Source of the DNA: Basidiobolus ranarum
Lineage: Eukaryota
NCBI GenBank assembly: GCA_040143965.1
Contig: JASJQH010006941.1
Span: 1 to 34,615 of the forward strand
Length of the DNA stretch: 34,615 nucleotides
Reading direction: 5' to 3'
Position 1 is the first letter of the stretch. Every line of letters starts with the position of its first letter. Shown piece by piece: positions 1 through 9,715 of this stretch. A program made the translations under genes and the position numbers. The notes below the pieces were generated by a model. The model saw nothing but the letters and a program-made list of their open reading frames with translations. It ran no database searches and was not told the DNA's origin.

Positions 1-350
1 GAAAGCTCAAGCTCCTCTGAGTCTTCGTTGGAAAGCTCAAGCTCTTTAGAGCCTTCATCTGAACCTTCGTCTGAAAGCTCAAGCTCCTCAGAGCCCTCAT
101 CTGAATCGTCGTCTGAAAGTTCAAGTTCCTCGGAGTCCTCATCTGGACCTTCGTCTGAGTCTTCGTCAGAAAGCTCAAGCTCACCTGAATCGTCATCAGA
201 AGGTTCAAACTCCTCAGAACCCTCATCTGAACCTTCGTCTGAAAGCTCCAGCTCCTTAGAGCCCTCATCTGAATCTTCGTCTGAAAGTTCAAACTCACCT
301 GAATCGTCATTGGAGGGATCAAGCTCTTCAGAGCCTTCGTCGGAGAACTC
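1..350 (+). repeat. Degenerate coding tandem repeat of ~30-42 nt units (ESSSSS-EPSS)
   Basis: Recurring GAAAGCTCAAGCTC and GA(A/G)CC(T/C)TC(A/G)TCT blocks. Confidence 0.9.
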
Positions 351-507
351 AAGCATATTAGAATCCTGCACCGAACCCTCATCAGAGGGTCCGAACACGA
401 CCGAATCTTCTAAGTGCATAACTGAGCATAACTCATCTACAGTCAGTGTATGCACTAGGTGTAGTATTCGTACCATAACTATATGCCCAACAAAATCAAT
501 ATTTTAA
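1..507 (+). CDS. 3' end of a Ser/Glu/Pro-rich low-complexity repeat protein (mucin/cell-surface-like); starts upstream of the window
   Basis: Frame is open from base 1 (ESSSSSESSLESSSSLEPSS...) to TAA 505-507. Ends in a Cys/Thr-rich tail (VSVCTRCSIRTITICPT). AATAAA at ~544. The ORF-track start at 28 is TTG, not a true start. Confidence 0.6.
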   Translation, partial: ESSSSSESSLESSSSLEPSSEPSSESSSSSEPSSESSSESSSSSESSSGPSSESSSESSSSPESSSEGSNSSEPSSEPSSESSSSLEPSSESSSESSNSPESSLEGSSSSEPSSENSSILESCTEPSSEGPNTTESSKCITEHNSSTVSVCTRCSIRTITICPTKSIF

Positions 508-1231
508 GCCATATTGAATGACAAATATCATTTAGAGATTTCTAATAAAAATCGGTACAAATATCCTGTGTGGCTACTGAACACATTGCTACCTTGATTA
601 GAATCGTCCTTAGCAAAACATATTTGTAGTAAATGACAAATACTGATGATATTGTCTATAAATCCACGGCCTCAATATCATCTGTCTAAAATTCTTTTAG
701 TTGTATATTAGAAAAGATGATCGTGTTGGATTTATATCTAACCCGAATGTTGCAAATTTCAATTCCGAATCTCAGATCAAAGGGTTTGAAATACGAAGCC
801 ACATGATTGGATGATCCTTCTTCCATTGTTACATATCTGGAAGGGATCGTGATCATCTGGATACTCCAACCATATCATTATAAAGTGGAAAGCTGCGCAT
901 ACTAATAATCTGGTTGTCATTATATAATAAGCTTCGATTCAATTGATTTGATTATATCTATCCATTCTCCTTGTCCAATAGATAGTACTTATTACACACA
1001 ATTTCTTTAAAGATAGCGCGTGGCTCTTATCACCATATATTGGCAGTTGAATTTTTTTCAATCATATATAAATCCATTAAGTCCCTTTGGATCAGTTTCT
1101 CCCTGGGACTAAAACCTTCCCGTTCAACGCCAAATTTAACTTTAAAAATCTCACCTTGTTCTGTAACCCAATAACCTTCTACAAACGCTATCCTACCTCT
1201 TCTGAAATCTTCTAGAGATTCTAGAACAGTC

Positions 1232-2218
1232 ATGAATGAAAAAAGTTACCTTTTAACTTCTCAAAACCCAAAGTATGTTAATATAGAGAGCCAAATCATA
1301 GAGAAAGTTGCAGAGCTACCTCCCAGGATAACTTGCACTAAAATATGTGTTTGGCTAGTAGCTTTCATGGCATCTAGTGTGTTGATTCTTTTCCTATGTG
1401 TGGTCAACATTCCTTTGCCTATGCCGATGCAAGAACTCTTCACGGTATCACCTAGAGTACTATCTAATCACTCTCGTATTATTGTGGTAGGCGATGTCCA
1501 TGGAAGTTTGGAACCTTTCGAACGGTTACTTGAAAAATTAGATTTGAAAAAAGACGATACTCTAATTCTAGCTGGAGATATGGTTACTAAAGGACCCGAT
1601 TCCATTGGCGTTCTAAAAAGAGCCAAAGAAGTCGGTGCATTATGTATTCGTGGAAATCATGACAATACGGTCATTCGTTGGAAAGAGCTACTACTTCGAT
1701 ATGGTGAACATAAGATCAAAAAAAGGAAGTTACCACACGGACTACATATGAAAACAGAACATTATCGTTTAGCAAAGTAAGTAACAATCTCTTTTTATTG
1801 AATAACCAAGCTATTATCTAAGTAGTATCTTAGTGCTCTTCCAGACGATCTTTTCCAGTACCTGGAGTCTTGCCCAGTCATACTGTCGATTCCTCAATTC
1901 TCTATGTATGTTGTCCACGCTGGTTTGAATCCGTATTTGAGCATTGATCATCAGAAATCTAAGGATGTTATGAACATGCACAGCATTGTGGACCGAAAGC
2001 CTACAAAAAAGAAAGGTGTGGGCAAACCATGGTGGCATTTGTGGAATGTTGAGCAATCATCACATGCTCACCCTATGACAGTGGTATATGGACACGAAGC
2101 CAGTAAAGGACTTAACATCCAAGAATACTCTGTTGGATTAGATAGTGGATGTGTCAAGGGCAAAAGACTCTCTGCAATGATATTCCCAGAACGTACCTTG
2201 ATCCAGGTCAAGTGTTAG
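1232..2218 (+). CDS. Calcineurin-like metallophosphoesterase (Ppn2/ApaH-like) with N-terminal membrane anchor, ~309 aa; exons 1232-1776 and 1834-2218
   Basis: Motifs GDVHG, GDMVTKG, GNHD, VHAG, YGH, GLDSGC. Hydrophobic segment ICVWLVAFMASSVLILFLCVV. GT-AG intron 1777-1833 joins the two ORFs in frame. Confidence 0.85.
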
Positions 2219-2813
2219 CTAGATCCATCACCTCATCACTGATTTTCTTACACCTCATTCATTGTAAATTCCTATACATAATTTTTTGTAACAGTAATTG
2301 CTTTTTGATAATTAATTGGTCGACTGTGAAACACCTCTAATTTCACTAATACCACTATCCCCTTACATCCGATCTCACCTGATTATTCGGAATAAACTCA
2401 TTTTGTTTGTAAATTCCAATTAGATTCAATTTCCCATCTGATAGTTTCTGTTTGATTGATTTGTTGAGATGATGTACCATTGACAGCATACTATCTATAT
2501 TTAAGTAATGTTTAAAGGGAAATTGGATGTTATTTGTAAGACCATGTCCTACACTAGTTTGATAATGGAACATCACTTAACTTGCCATTGCGTTGTGATT
2601 CAATTATGGCAACGGGATCTCATCGACAGAGTTACATCATTTTATGGTCAATTTCAAAATAGCTTCCGGTTTTGAAGTTAATACTTGCTGGTCCAAGAGG
2701 ACTACTAAATGTATTTTTGTAGTTTATTAATGAGATGCGTTTGTACATAATGTTTTGAAAAACAAAAGTTAATGAGACATTTAAAATATTCTTCAGTGCT
2801 AGTATTCTGGAAG

Positions 2814-3494
2814 TCATTTCGTTTGTCTGTTCTGAGAGCTCATCGACTTCGGAATTCGAGTGAGCTCACGACGCCATTTCTTAAACTTAAGTTTAATTAA
2901 TAAAGCTCTTACCTTACCTCCCAATTTCGTATTTTTAAAGGTCCATTTTGAGGACTTAGTTGGCTGTGACTTCGGCAAAGTATGCATATCCACCTTCTTA
3001 CTTCCTTTACTATGCTTACGATACCAACGTTGAATAGTAATAGTGGCGGTAGTCACTTTGTTATACTCCACCAACAACTTTTGACTCCCTTTAGCGTTCA
3101 AAACCACTTTTAAGTGGTAAGGAGTGATAAGGCGTTTTTTGGTTTTGGTTAATGGGTGTTCATTACGCTTTCGAGTTTTCGAAATACGCTCTTGTCCCAT
3201 AAGAGATTTGAAATATGACCTAGTAACCGTCCGACGCCCAGAGACCTCTTTCTGCTTGTATATCTTTCTCGAACGTTTCGATACACTGTGCGGCTTCGCT
3301 TTGTATGCGGTAGTTGAGTTATTATGGTTCATAGGCGTTACAATTTGTTGCCACATATTTGCGGTGGTGATACGTGGACTTCCCAGTCCTTTAAAACTAT
3401 CAAACTTATACATTGGTTGATATTGAAAGCCATAGGATATTTTTGAATGTGCTGCTGCATTCATCAGTCGTCGAGTACGTAAAGAGGGGTGCAT
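2814..3494 (-). CDS. Orphan highly basic protein with one IQ (calmodulin-binding) motif, 226 aa, single exon (paralog A)
   Basis: Long ATG-initiated ORF in AT-rich DNA. IQ motif ATITIQRWYRKH. Shares MHxS, YxPMYxF and KVR blocks with 4306-4950. Confidence 0.7.
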   Translation of the reverse strand: MHPSLRTRRLMNAAAHSKISYGFQYQPMYKFDSFKGLGSPRITTANMWQQIVTPMNHNNSTTAYKAKPHSVSKRSRKIYKQKEVSGRRTVTRSYFKSLMGQERISKTRKRNEHPLTKTKKRLITPYHLKVVLNAKGSQKLLVEYNKVTTATITIQRWYRKHSKGSKKVDMHTLPKSQPTKSSKWTFKNTKLGGKVRALLIKLKFKKWRRELTRIPKSMSSQNRQTK

Positions 3495-4305
3495 AATGAG
3501 TGGAGGAAGGAAACGGGCTCAATAATGCTACTGAAGATTAGTTGAATGATTGGAAAGTTAAAGAGATCGATTAGGTTACTTTTGTTAGAAAGTAGAAAAA
3601 TTAGAGTTGGGTTTAAGTTTAAGGGTTAGCTAATTCGAACCGGAAACACATTAAATTGGAGAGATTACCATGAAGCTTGAGCTCTACATTTATTTGATAT
3701 GAAAAAAAATAAACTTCATGAATTTCAGTGTTGAGATGTGCTTTGTTCTTTCACAATATAGAAATGGTGAAACCTGCTCAAATAGAAACTCATTAGTTTT
3801 AAGATGTCCTATTTGCGACAGCCATATCTATATCAGATCAATCCCTATTCTTCTTTCTAGAACAAATGCTCTGGCTACTGCAGCGTGGGGGCACTACAGC
3901 TGACCATTTCGCCACTAAGACAGCACTATTTTACTCTAAGATCAAGTTATTTCAAGTGCAGAAGACTGAATATAGAGTGGTTACGGCGTGGTACAGGTAT
4001 AAATCAAAGTCACTTATACATATGTATTTTGTGCACAACATACTACCCAACAAGAGCAACGATACGCTGAGTCGGATCATTTTTTCATTAGATGGCTTTG
4101 TTTTTAATTAGTGTTCATGAAATATGACCGCATTCTACAAGTTAGGCAATCTGGCTATTTGATATCGGATAAATTGTTTATTTGTAAGAATGCAACTATT
4201 AGATAATGGATCTGTATATTATAATGCAGGTAATACAAATGGTTCATTGTGATGAATAGCGAAAATAGGGATATTTACAAGGAAATCTCCAAGCTTTACC
4301 ACCTT

Positions 4306-4950
4306 TCAACATGTACATTGATGGGTTTTCATATATACTTTGTGATGATTGTTCTGAATCCAAGGCTCCTTTGCGATCTTGTAAAGTTTTGAATGTCTAA
4401 TCCGTCTCATTAACCTTTTGGCTGTTCTTACTTTGGTAGCTCCATGACGTAGACACTTGCCTTCTTCCTGGTATTTGATCTTAAGATATCTTCGCCAGGA
4501 TCTTTGGATTATTTTTGCCGCTTCGTGACGCTTAAGAGTTTCTAGATCGATTTGAAGTTCCGGTTTATGAGGGTGTGTCTTCTTGGTTCGACGTGAGTAT
4601 TTCTTAGATCTGCGATGATGCGACTTAGCAGTGTTTGATCGCGAGGGTACTTTGAAAGGGTCAAAATCTGCAGGTACTTTGGGGGCATTTTGATGCATTT
4701 GTGCACTATGATTGCTCGATTCAAGGTAAATGTGATTGTGGTTTTTAGAGTTACTGCGATTTTTGGATTTCCATTGAAATTGACGATTACTGCTGGGTTT
4801 AGAGTGGTGTCTAAAGTGCGTACTGTGTGAAGCATTTGAATCATTGGCCTGAAAATCTGTCGCAATGGCTGCCGATTTTAAGTTCGAGAATTGATACATC
4901 GGGTCATAGGAGATAGAAAAGAGTGATTGCTTTTTGCGAGAAGAATGCAT
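4306..4950 (-). CDS. Orphan highly basic protein with one IQ motif, 214 aa, single exon (paralog B)
   Basis: IQ motif AAKIIQRSWRRY. Motif YDPMYQF. TATAAAG about 40 nt upstream of the ATG. Confidence 0.75.
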   Translation of the reverse strand: MHSSRKKQSLFSISYDPMYQFSNLKSAAIATDFQANDSNASHSTHFRHHSKPSSNRQFQWKSKNRSNSKNHNHIYLESSNHSAQMHQNAPKVPADFDPFKVPSRSNTAKSHHRRSKKYSRRTKKTHPHKPELQIDLETLKRHEAAKIIQRSWRRYLKIKYQEEGKCLRHGATKVRTAKRLMRRIRHSKLYKIAKEPWIQNNHHKVYMKTHQCTC

Positions 4951-4990
4951 TGGTTAGTGTTGGTGGACGTTAGTCCTGAACGGAGTAAAC

Positions 4991-4997
4991 CTTTATA
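4991..4997 (-). promoter_or_regulatory. Putative TATA box of IQ paralog B
   Basis: Plus-strand CTTTATA reads TATAAAG on the minus strand, ~40 nt before ATG 4950. Confidence 0.45.
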
Positions 4998-6598
4998 GGT
5001 GTTTATCAGTTGCAAAATTCACCAATCAACAGTCTAGACATTAAAGTTTAGCTGCCGTTTCAAGTGGAGTAATATAGAACCTACCAATATAGAACAATGA
5101 CGTCGAAATCTCATGTGATACTTATTACCGTACATAAATGGAAGTTGCATTCTGGAAAATCTAACTTTCTATCACTGCATTAGTTATAATTTGATCCAAA
5201 ATCAGAATCGACAGGTCATGAAACCTTCGTTTCAGATTAGAGTTTAAATAATGGTACCTTTTGATGTAGTGTTCTCGATTGAAAATATTTCAATTAGGCT
5301 TTTGTTGAATTTCAAGTATATATTCCTTGTATTCAAGTGCGTTCTGTATTGAAGATAACCACATCACTATATGCTAAGGAATAATTGTTATGATTTTTTA
5401 TTTAGTATCTTACCAAAGTTTATCTAATCTATTAATGATTATCTTTATGGAGGAATAGTCAATAGCAAACCAGGCTTAGCTCTAGAATTAGTAACACACA
5501 GTACATATTTGCTCATCATTATTTAGGGCGCAAATCACCTCCTAAGCGGAGTTTCAATGTGAGATGGGGCTTCTGGAAGTTATGAATGCACGTGATGGTA
5601 CAATTTCTTCGTTTTCCCTCAACAAAACTGCTTCAATGAAACCTTATCTTGAAGTACTTGCTGCGCAACACATTGGCAAATTAGTTGCTAAAGTAATTCC
5701 ATTTTCAGGGTTTTCTAAACCATGTAATTCCTGGCATCTCTGAAGTGAAGTCAGAAAACTAGAGTAGTATTGTTCATAAAACTCAATCTCCGCCATGTTG
5801 CGAAGCAAGTCTAAAGGTCGTTCAGCTTCAGATATAGCATATTGGTTATCGATGTATTAACGTATTTTTCTATTTGTCTATCATCATTACTTATAATAAC
5901 GTTTCACATCAAAACCTACTGGGAAATTTAATGCAATAGCATATCGTAAACAAATCAGCTGTAGCTCTCACGTTGACAATTTGAAGAATTAGAGCTGCAA
6001 AGCGCTAAATATATAATGCTGATCTTATGTAGCTCAGGTTACCGTCGTTAATTGCTCCTTTAATAAGGAATTTATATATATACCAGAATATTTCTAGTGT
6101 ACCAGAACTTGAATATATTTAATAGTCTTGCATCTAGACGAAGCCATCATTCTTTTGAAGAACATTGATCGAGCAAAATTTTATCCATTTACAGAAATAA
6201 CCAGATATTGATTCCAAGAATCGTATTACTAACGATTAATAAATTTCTAGGTTTTACTAGGTCAATTTGAAATTACGAAACCTAGCACATGTAAAGATTG
6301 ATTTTATTTATACATACAACCATATTTGTTGAATACAGTAACCCATCAATAACTAAGAATCACATCTTACTAGGATTATCAGAGAGAGGTATAATCCGCT
6401 TCGTATCATTTTTCAACCGTCTCGCTTTAGCTTGGAAACATGCAAGTTGTTTTGGAAATTCACACTTTTGTTCCAAGGGCCAAACTTAACCATTTAAGTT
6501 TGATGAATATTGATTAAACTAATATAGACTTGAACTTGTTTAAGTCATCTTTAAATCTATGCAACCTAAAGGATGGAGTAAATAATACCCAAATCACT

Positions 6599-6861
6599 TT
6601 CCTAAGCATAACATTTCAGCGCTAATAGAGTCCAGAATACATCTAAATGAAAGGTGGATTATTAATACATATCCTCAAGGGTGTTTGAAGCAAAATCGTT
6701 ATCACACGTAAGCACATTTTATTTATCCAACAGAAGCAAAATCGTTATCATACGTAAGCACATTTTATTTATCCAACACCCTTGAGGATATGTATTAATA
6801 ATCCACCTTTCATTTAGATGTATTCTGGACTCTATTAGCGCTGAAATGTTATGCTTGGGAA
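6599..6861. repeat. Long inverted repeat (arms 6599-6685 and 6775-6861, 86/87 complementary) enclosing a 2 x 46 bp tandem repeat (6687-6732, 6733-6778)
   Basis: Direct base-by-base comparison. The single arm mismatch is T6603/G6857. The tandem copies differ at one base. Confidence 0.97.
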
Positions 6862-7241
6862 TGTTAGCATATCACAATGTCACGTTGCTTCAATAGTATT
6901 GTTATTCTTGATATTCACAAGAGTTAAATACTAAGTTTCTAGCATTATGTTGGAAATTATTCCAAATTACTGCTTAGTAAATTGAAAGGATTAAAAGAAT
7001 ACTACACACTTGGTATTTCCACTATGGATAATAGTATGGTAATAGCTCAACATCAAATAGACAGTAAATGGAGAATCTTGGCTCATTCGTACATAACACC
7101 TCAAATAACCAAATGCTAGAATATTTAAGGGGAAAGGAGTTATCTGTTGTAAAAGGTTAGCTACGGGATTTTCATCTTGTAATCTTTAGTAATTGAGGAT
7201 TCCTTCTTGAATCTTCCACATACCACGGAGTTAGCAATACA

Positions 7242-7628
7242 ATTGGTAGAATGTTCTTTCTTTCGAAGCCAATATTACCACCCCGAAGGGGATATTTTTA
7301 TTGGATTACAACAACACTTTCAAGCTTACAAATCAAACTAGATTGGCTTGAAAAGTGTTGTATGATTATTTATGGATCAGTTTTGTTGAGTTTAGCCTAA
7401 TTAACTCGGCTGTTTCGACAATTGGATTATTAATCTCCCACGAGGGTAAACATACCACAATTGGCCTTGAACTTACCAAATGGCCTTGAACACCATTACT
7501 TTGTTGTCAGGATTACGTTTCATTCATTTGATACATTCGGGCCATTTTGTAAATCATAGTTTGCTTTGATATTTACATCCGGGTTAAAATTTTCAAATTT
7601 CTTGACTTTTTTGAAGAAACATATAAAT
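7242..7628 (+). promoter_or_regulatory. Transketolase promoter: CCAAT/ATTGG cluster plus TATA box
   Basis: ATTGG at 7242, 7300, 7342, 7421, 7460; CCAAT at 7269; TATAAAT at 7622-7628. Confidence 0.5.
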
Positions 7629-7681
7629 ATTGAGTGTAGACTTAACGTTACCTTACTTGATTGTAATCAGTGATACCAACA

Positions 7682-9715
7682 ATGCATAACATCGATCTCC
7701 TCTCAACAAACACTATACGTGTCCTTGCTGCCGACACCGTTAAGAAGGCTAATTCTGGACACCCTGGCGCCCCTATGGGTTGTGCAGCTATGGCCCATGT
7801 TCTTTTCTCCAAATTTATGAAGCTCAACCCAGAGAATCCCAAGTGGATTTCTCGTGACCGCTTTGTTCTCTCCAATGGACACGGTTGTACTTTACATTAC
7901 GTGCTTCTTCATCTTCTTGGATACAAAGTCACTATTGATGATCTTAAATCTTTCAGACAAATGAACTCTATATGCCCCGGTCACCCAGAAAACTTCATGA
8001 CCGAAGGTATTGAGGTTACTACTGGTCCATTAGGGCAAGGTATCTCCAATGCAGTCGGTCTCGCAATCGCCGAGGCTAACTTTGCAGCCACTTTCAATAA
8101 AGAAGCTTTCCCCGTCATAGATAATTATACTTATACTATCCTTGGTGATGGGTGCTTACAAGAAGGTGTCTCTGCTGAAGCAGCATCCTTAGCTGGTCAC
8201 CTCAAGTTAGGAAAACTCATTGCCTTGTATGACGATAATAAGATTCAGATCGATGGTACTACCGATTTAGCATTTACCGAGGATGTGTGCAAACGATTTG
8301 AGGCTTATGGTTGGCACACTCTTTCAGTCGACAATGGAGATAGCGACTTCGAAGCCATCGCCAACGCCATCTCTGAAGCCAAGAAAGTCACTGATAAACC
8401 AACCTTAATTAAGGTTCGCACCACCATCGGTTATGGTTCACTTTTGCAAGGAAGTGAAAAAGTCCATGGAGCTCCCTTAAGTAACGATGATTTGGTACAG
8501 CTCAAGACCATGTTTGGGTTGGACCCATCGCAGAGTTTCGCTGTGCCGCAAGAAGTAAGAGATTTCTATGGCGATATCAAGAAGCAAGGGTCTCAACGTG
8601 AAGCCGAGTGGAACCAAATGTTCGCAAAGTATTCTGCTCAATACCCTGAGCTTGCTCAAGAGCTTAACCGTCGTATTGCCAACGATCTTCCAGTCGGATG
8701 GGAAAGCGCTCTTCCAAGATATACTCCAGCTGATCCCGCAGTAGCCACTCGCAAGCTCTCCGAGATCGCTTTGAATAAGATTGCCGAAGCTGTCCCAGAA
8801 CTAGAGGGGGGTTCAGCTGATCTTACTCACTCGAATTTGACCAGATGGAAGACAGCGGTTGACTTCCAACATGAGAGTACTGGACTAGGAAACTACGCAG
8901 GCCGCTACATTCGTTTCGGTGTCCGTGAGCATGGTATGGCTGCCATATGTAATGGTATCGCAGCTTATGGAGGCTTCATTCCATTCTGTTCAACATTCTT
9001 GAACTTCATATCTTATGCACTAGGCGCTTCTCGTCTATCATCTCTCTCACATCTTCGTGTTCTCTACGTGATGACCCACGACTCCATTGGTTTAGGTGAA
9101 GACGGACCTACTCATCAACCTATTGAAACCCTCACCACTCTTCGTGCTACCCCCAACACTCTAGTCTTTAGACCTGCTGATGGTAATGAAGTCTCCGGTG
9201 CTTATTTGGCTGCTATCCAAAATAAATTGAGACCTAGCGTCCTCGCTCTCTCTCGCCAAAACCTCCCACATCTTGCTGGCTCTTCGATCGAGAATACTCT
9301 AAAGGGAGCTTATGTTCTTAGTGATGTTGCTAAACCCGCTGTCGTCCTCGTAGCTACTGGTTCAGAAGTTTCTGCTTGTGTTGAGGCTGCTCAGGAATTA
9401 GCCAAGTCTAACATCCAAGCTCGAGTTGTCTCTATGCCTTCAATGGAACTCTTTGATGAGCAGGCACAAACCTACAAGGAATCAGTTTTCCCTCGTGGTG
9501 TCCCAGTACTTAGTGTTGAGGCCTTGAGTACTTTCGGTTGGAGTAAGTACGCTCACGTATCAGTCGGTATGACTTCCTTCGGAAGCTCCGCCCCAGCCAA
9601 TCAACTCTATGAAAAATTCGGCATGACCCCAGTTGCCATTGCTGACAAGGCCATGAAGACCATTGAGTTCTACAAGAACGAGCCTTTACCATACCTCATG
9701 GTGAAGCCATTCTAA
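7682..9715 (+). CDS. TKL1: Transketolase, 677 aa, intronless
   Basis: SGHPGAPMG, RDRFVLSNGHGC, TTGPLGQG, TPP-binding GDGCLQEG...YDDN, THDSIGLGEDGPTHQP. First ATG at 7682 in ACAATG context. Confidence 0.98.
   Translation: MHNIDLLSTNTIRVLAADTVKKANSGHPGAPMGCAAMAHVLFSKFMKLNPENPKWISRDRFVLSNGHGCTLHYVLLHLLGYKVTIDDLKSFRQMNSICPGHPENFMTEGIEVTTGPLGQGISNAVGLAIAEANFAATFNKEAFPVIDNYTYTILGDGCLQEGVSAEAASLAGHLKLGKLIALYDDNKIQIDGTTDLAFTEDVCKRFEAYGWHTLSVDNGDSDFEAIANAISEAKKVTDKPTLIKVRTTIGYGSLLQGSEKVHGAPLSNDDLVQLKTMFGLDPSQSFAVPQEVRDFYGDIKKQGSQREAEWNQMFAKYSAQYPELAQELNRRIANDLPVGWESALPRYTPADPAVATRKLSEIALNKIAEAVPELEGGSADLTHSNLTRWKTAVDFQHESTGLGNYAGRYIRFGVREHGMAAICNGIAAYGGFIPFCSTFLNFISYALGASRLSSLSHLRVLYVMTHDSIGLGEDGPTHQPIETLTTLRATPNTLVFRPADGNEVSGAYLAAIQNKLRPSVLALSRQNLPHLAGSSIENTLKGAYVLSDVAKPAVVLVATGSEVSACVEAAQELAKSNIQARVVSMPSMELFDEQAQTYKESVFPRGVPVLSVEALSTFGWSKYAHVSVGMTSFGSSAPANQLYEKFGMTPVAIADKAMKTIEFYKNEPLPYLMVKPF

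Noticed and set aside
1030-1233. 67-aa minus ORF with a faint NUMOD4/HNH-like look (GYWVTEQGEIFK)
   Set aside because: It is antisense to the pyrimidine-rich leader of the phosphoesterase and has no further motif support; probably a shadow ORF.
2355-2817. Two short minus ORFs downstream of IQ paralog A, one overlapping its stop as ATGA
   Set aside because: Composition matches AT-rich non-coding DNA and there are no motifs; stop-start coupling is unsupported.
6687-6778. Direct repeats considered as CRISPR-like
   Set aside because: Only two abutting copies with no spacer, no cas genes, and a eukaryotic context.
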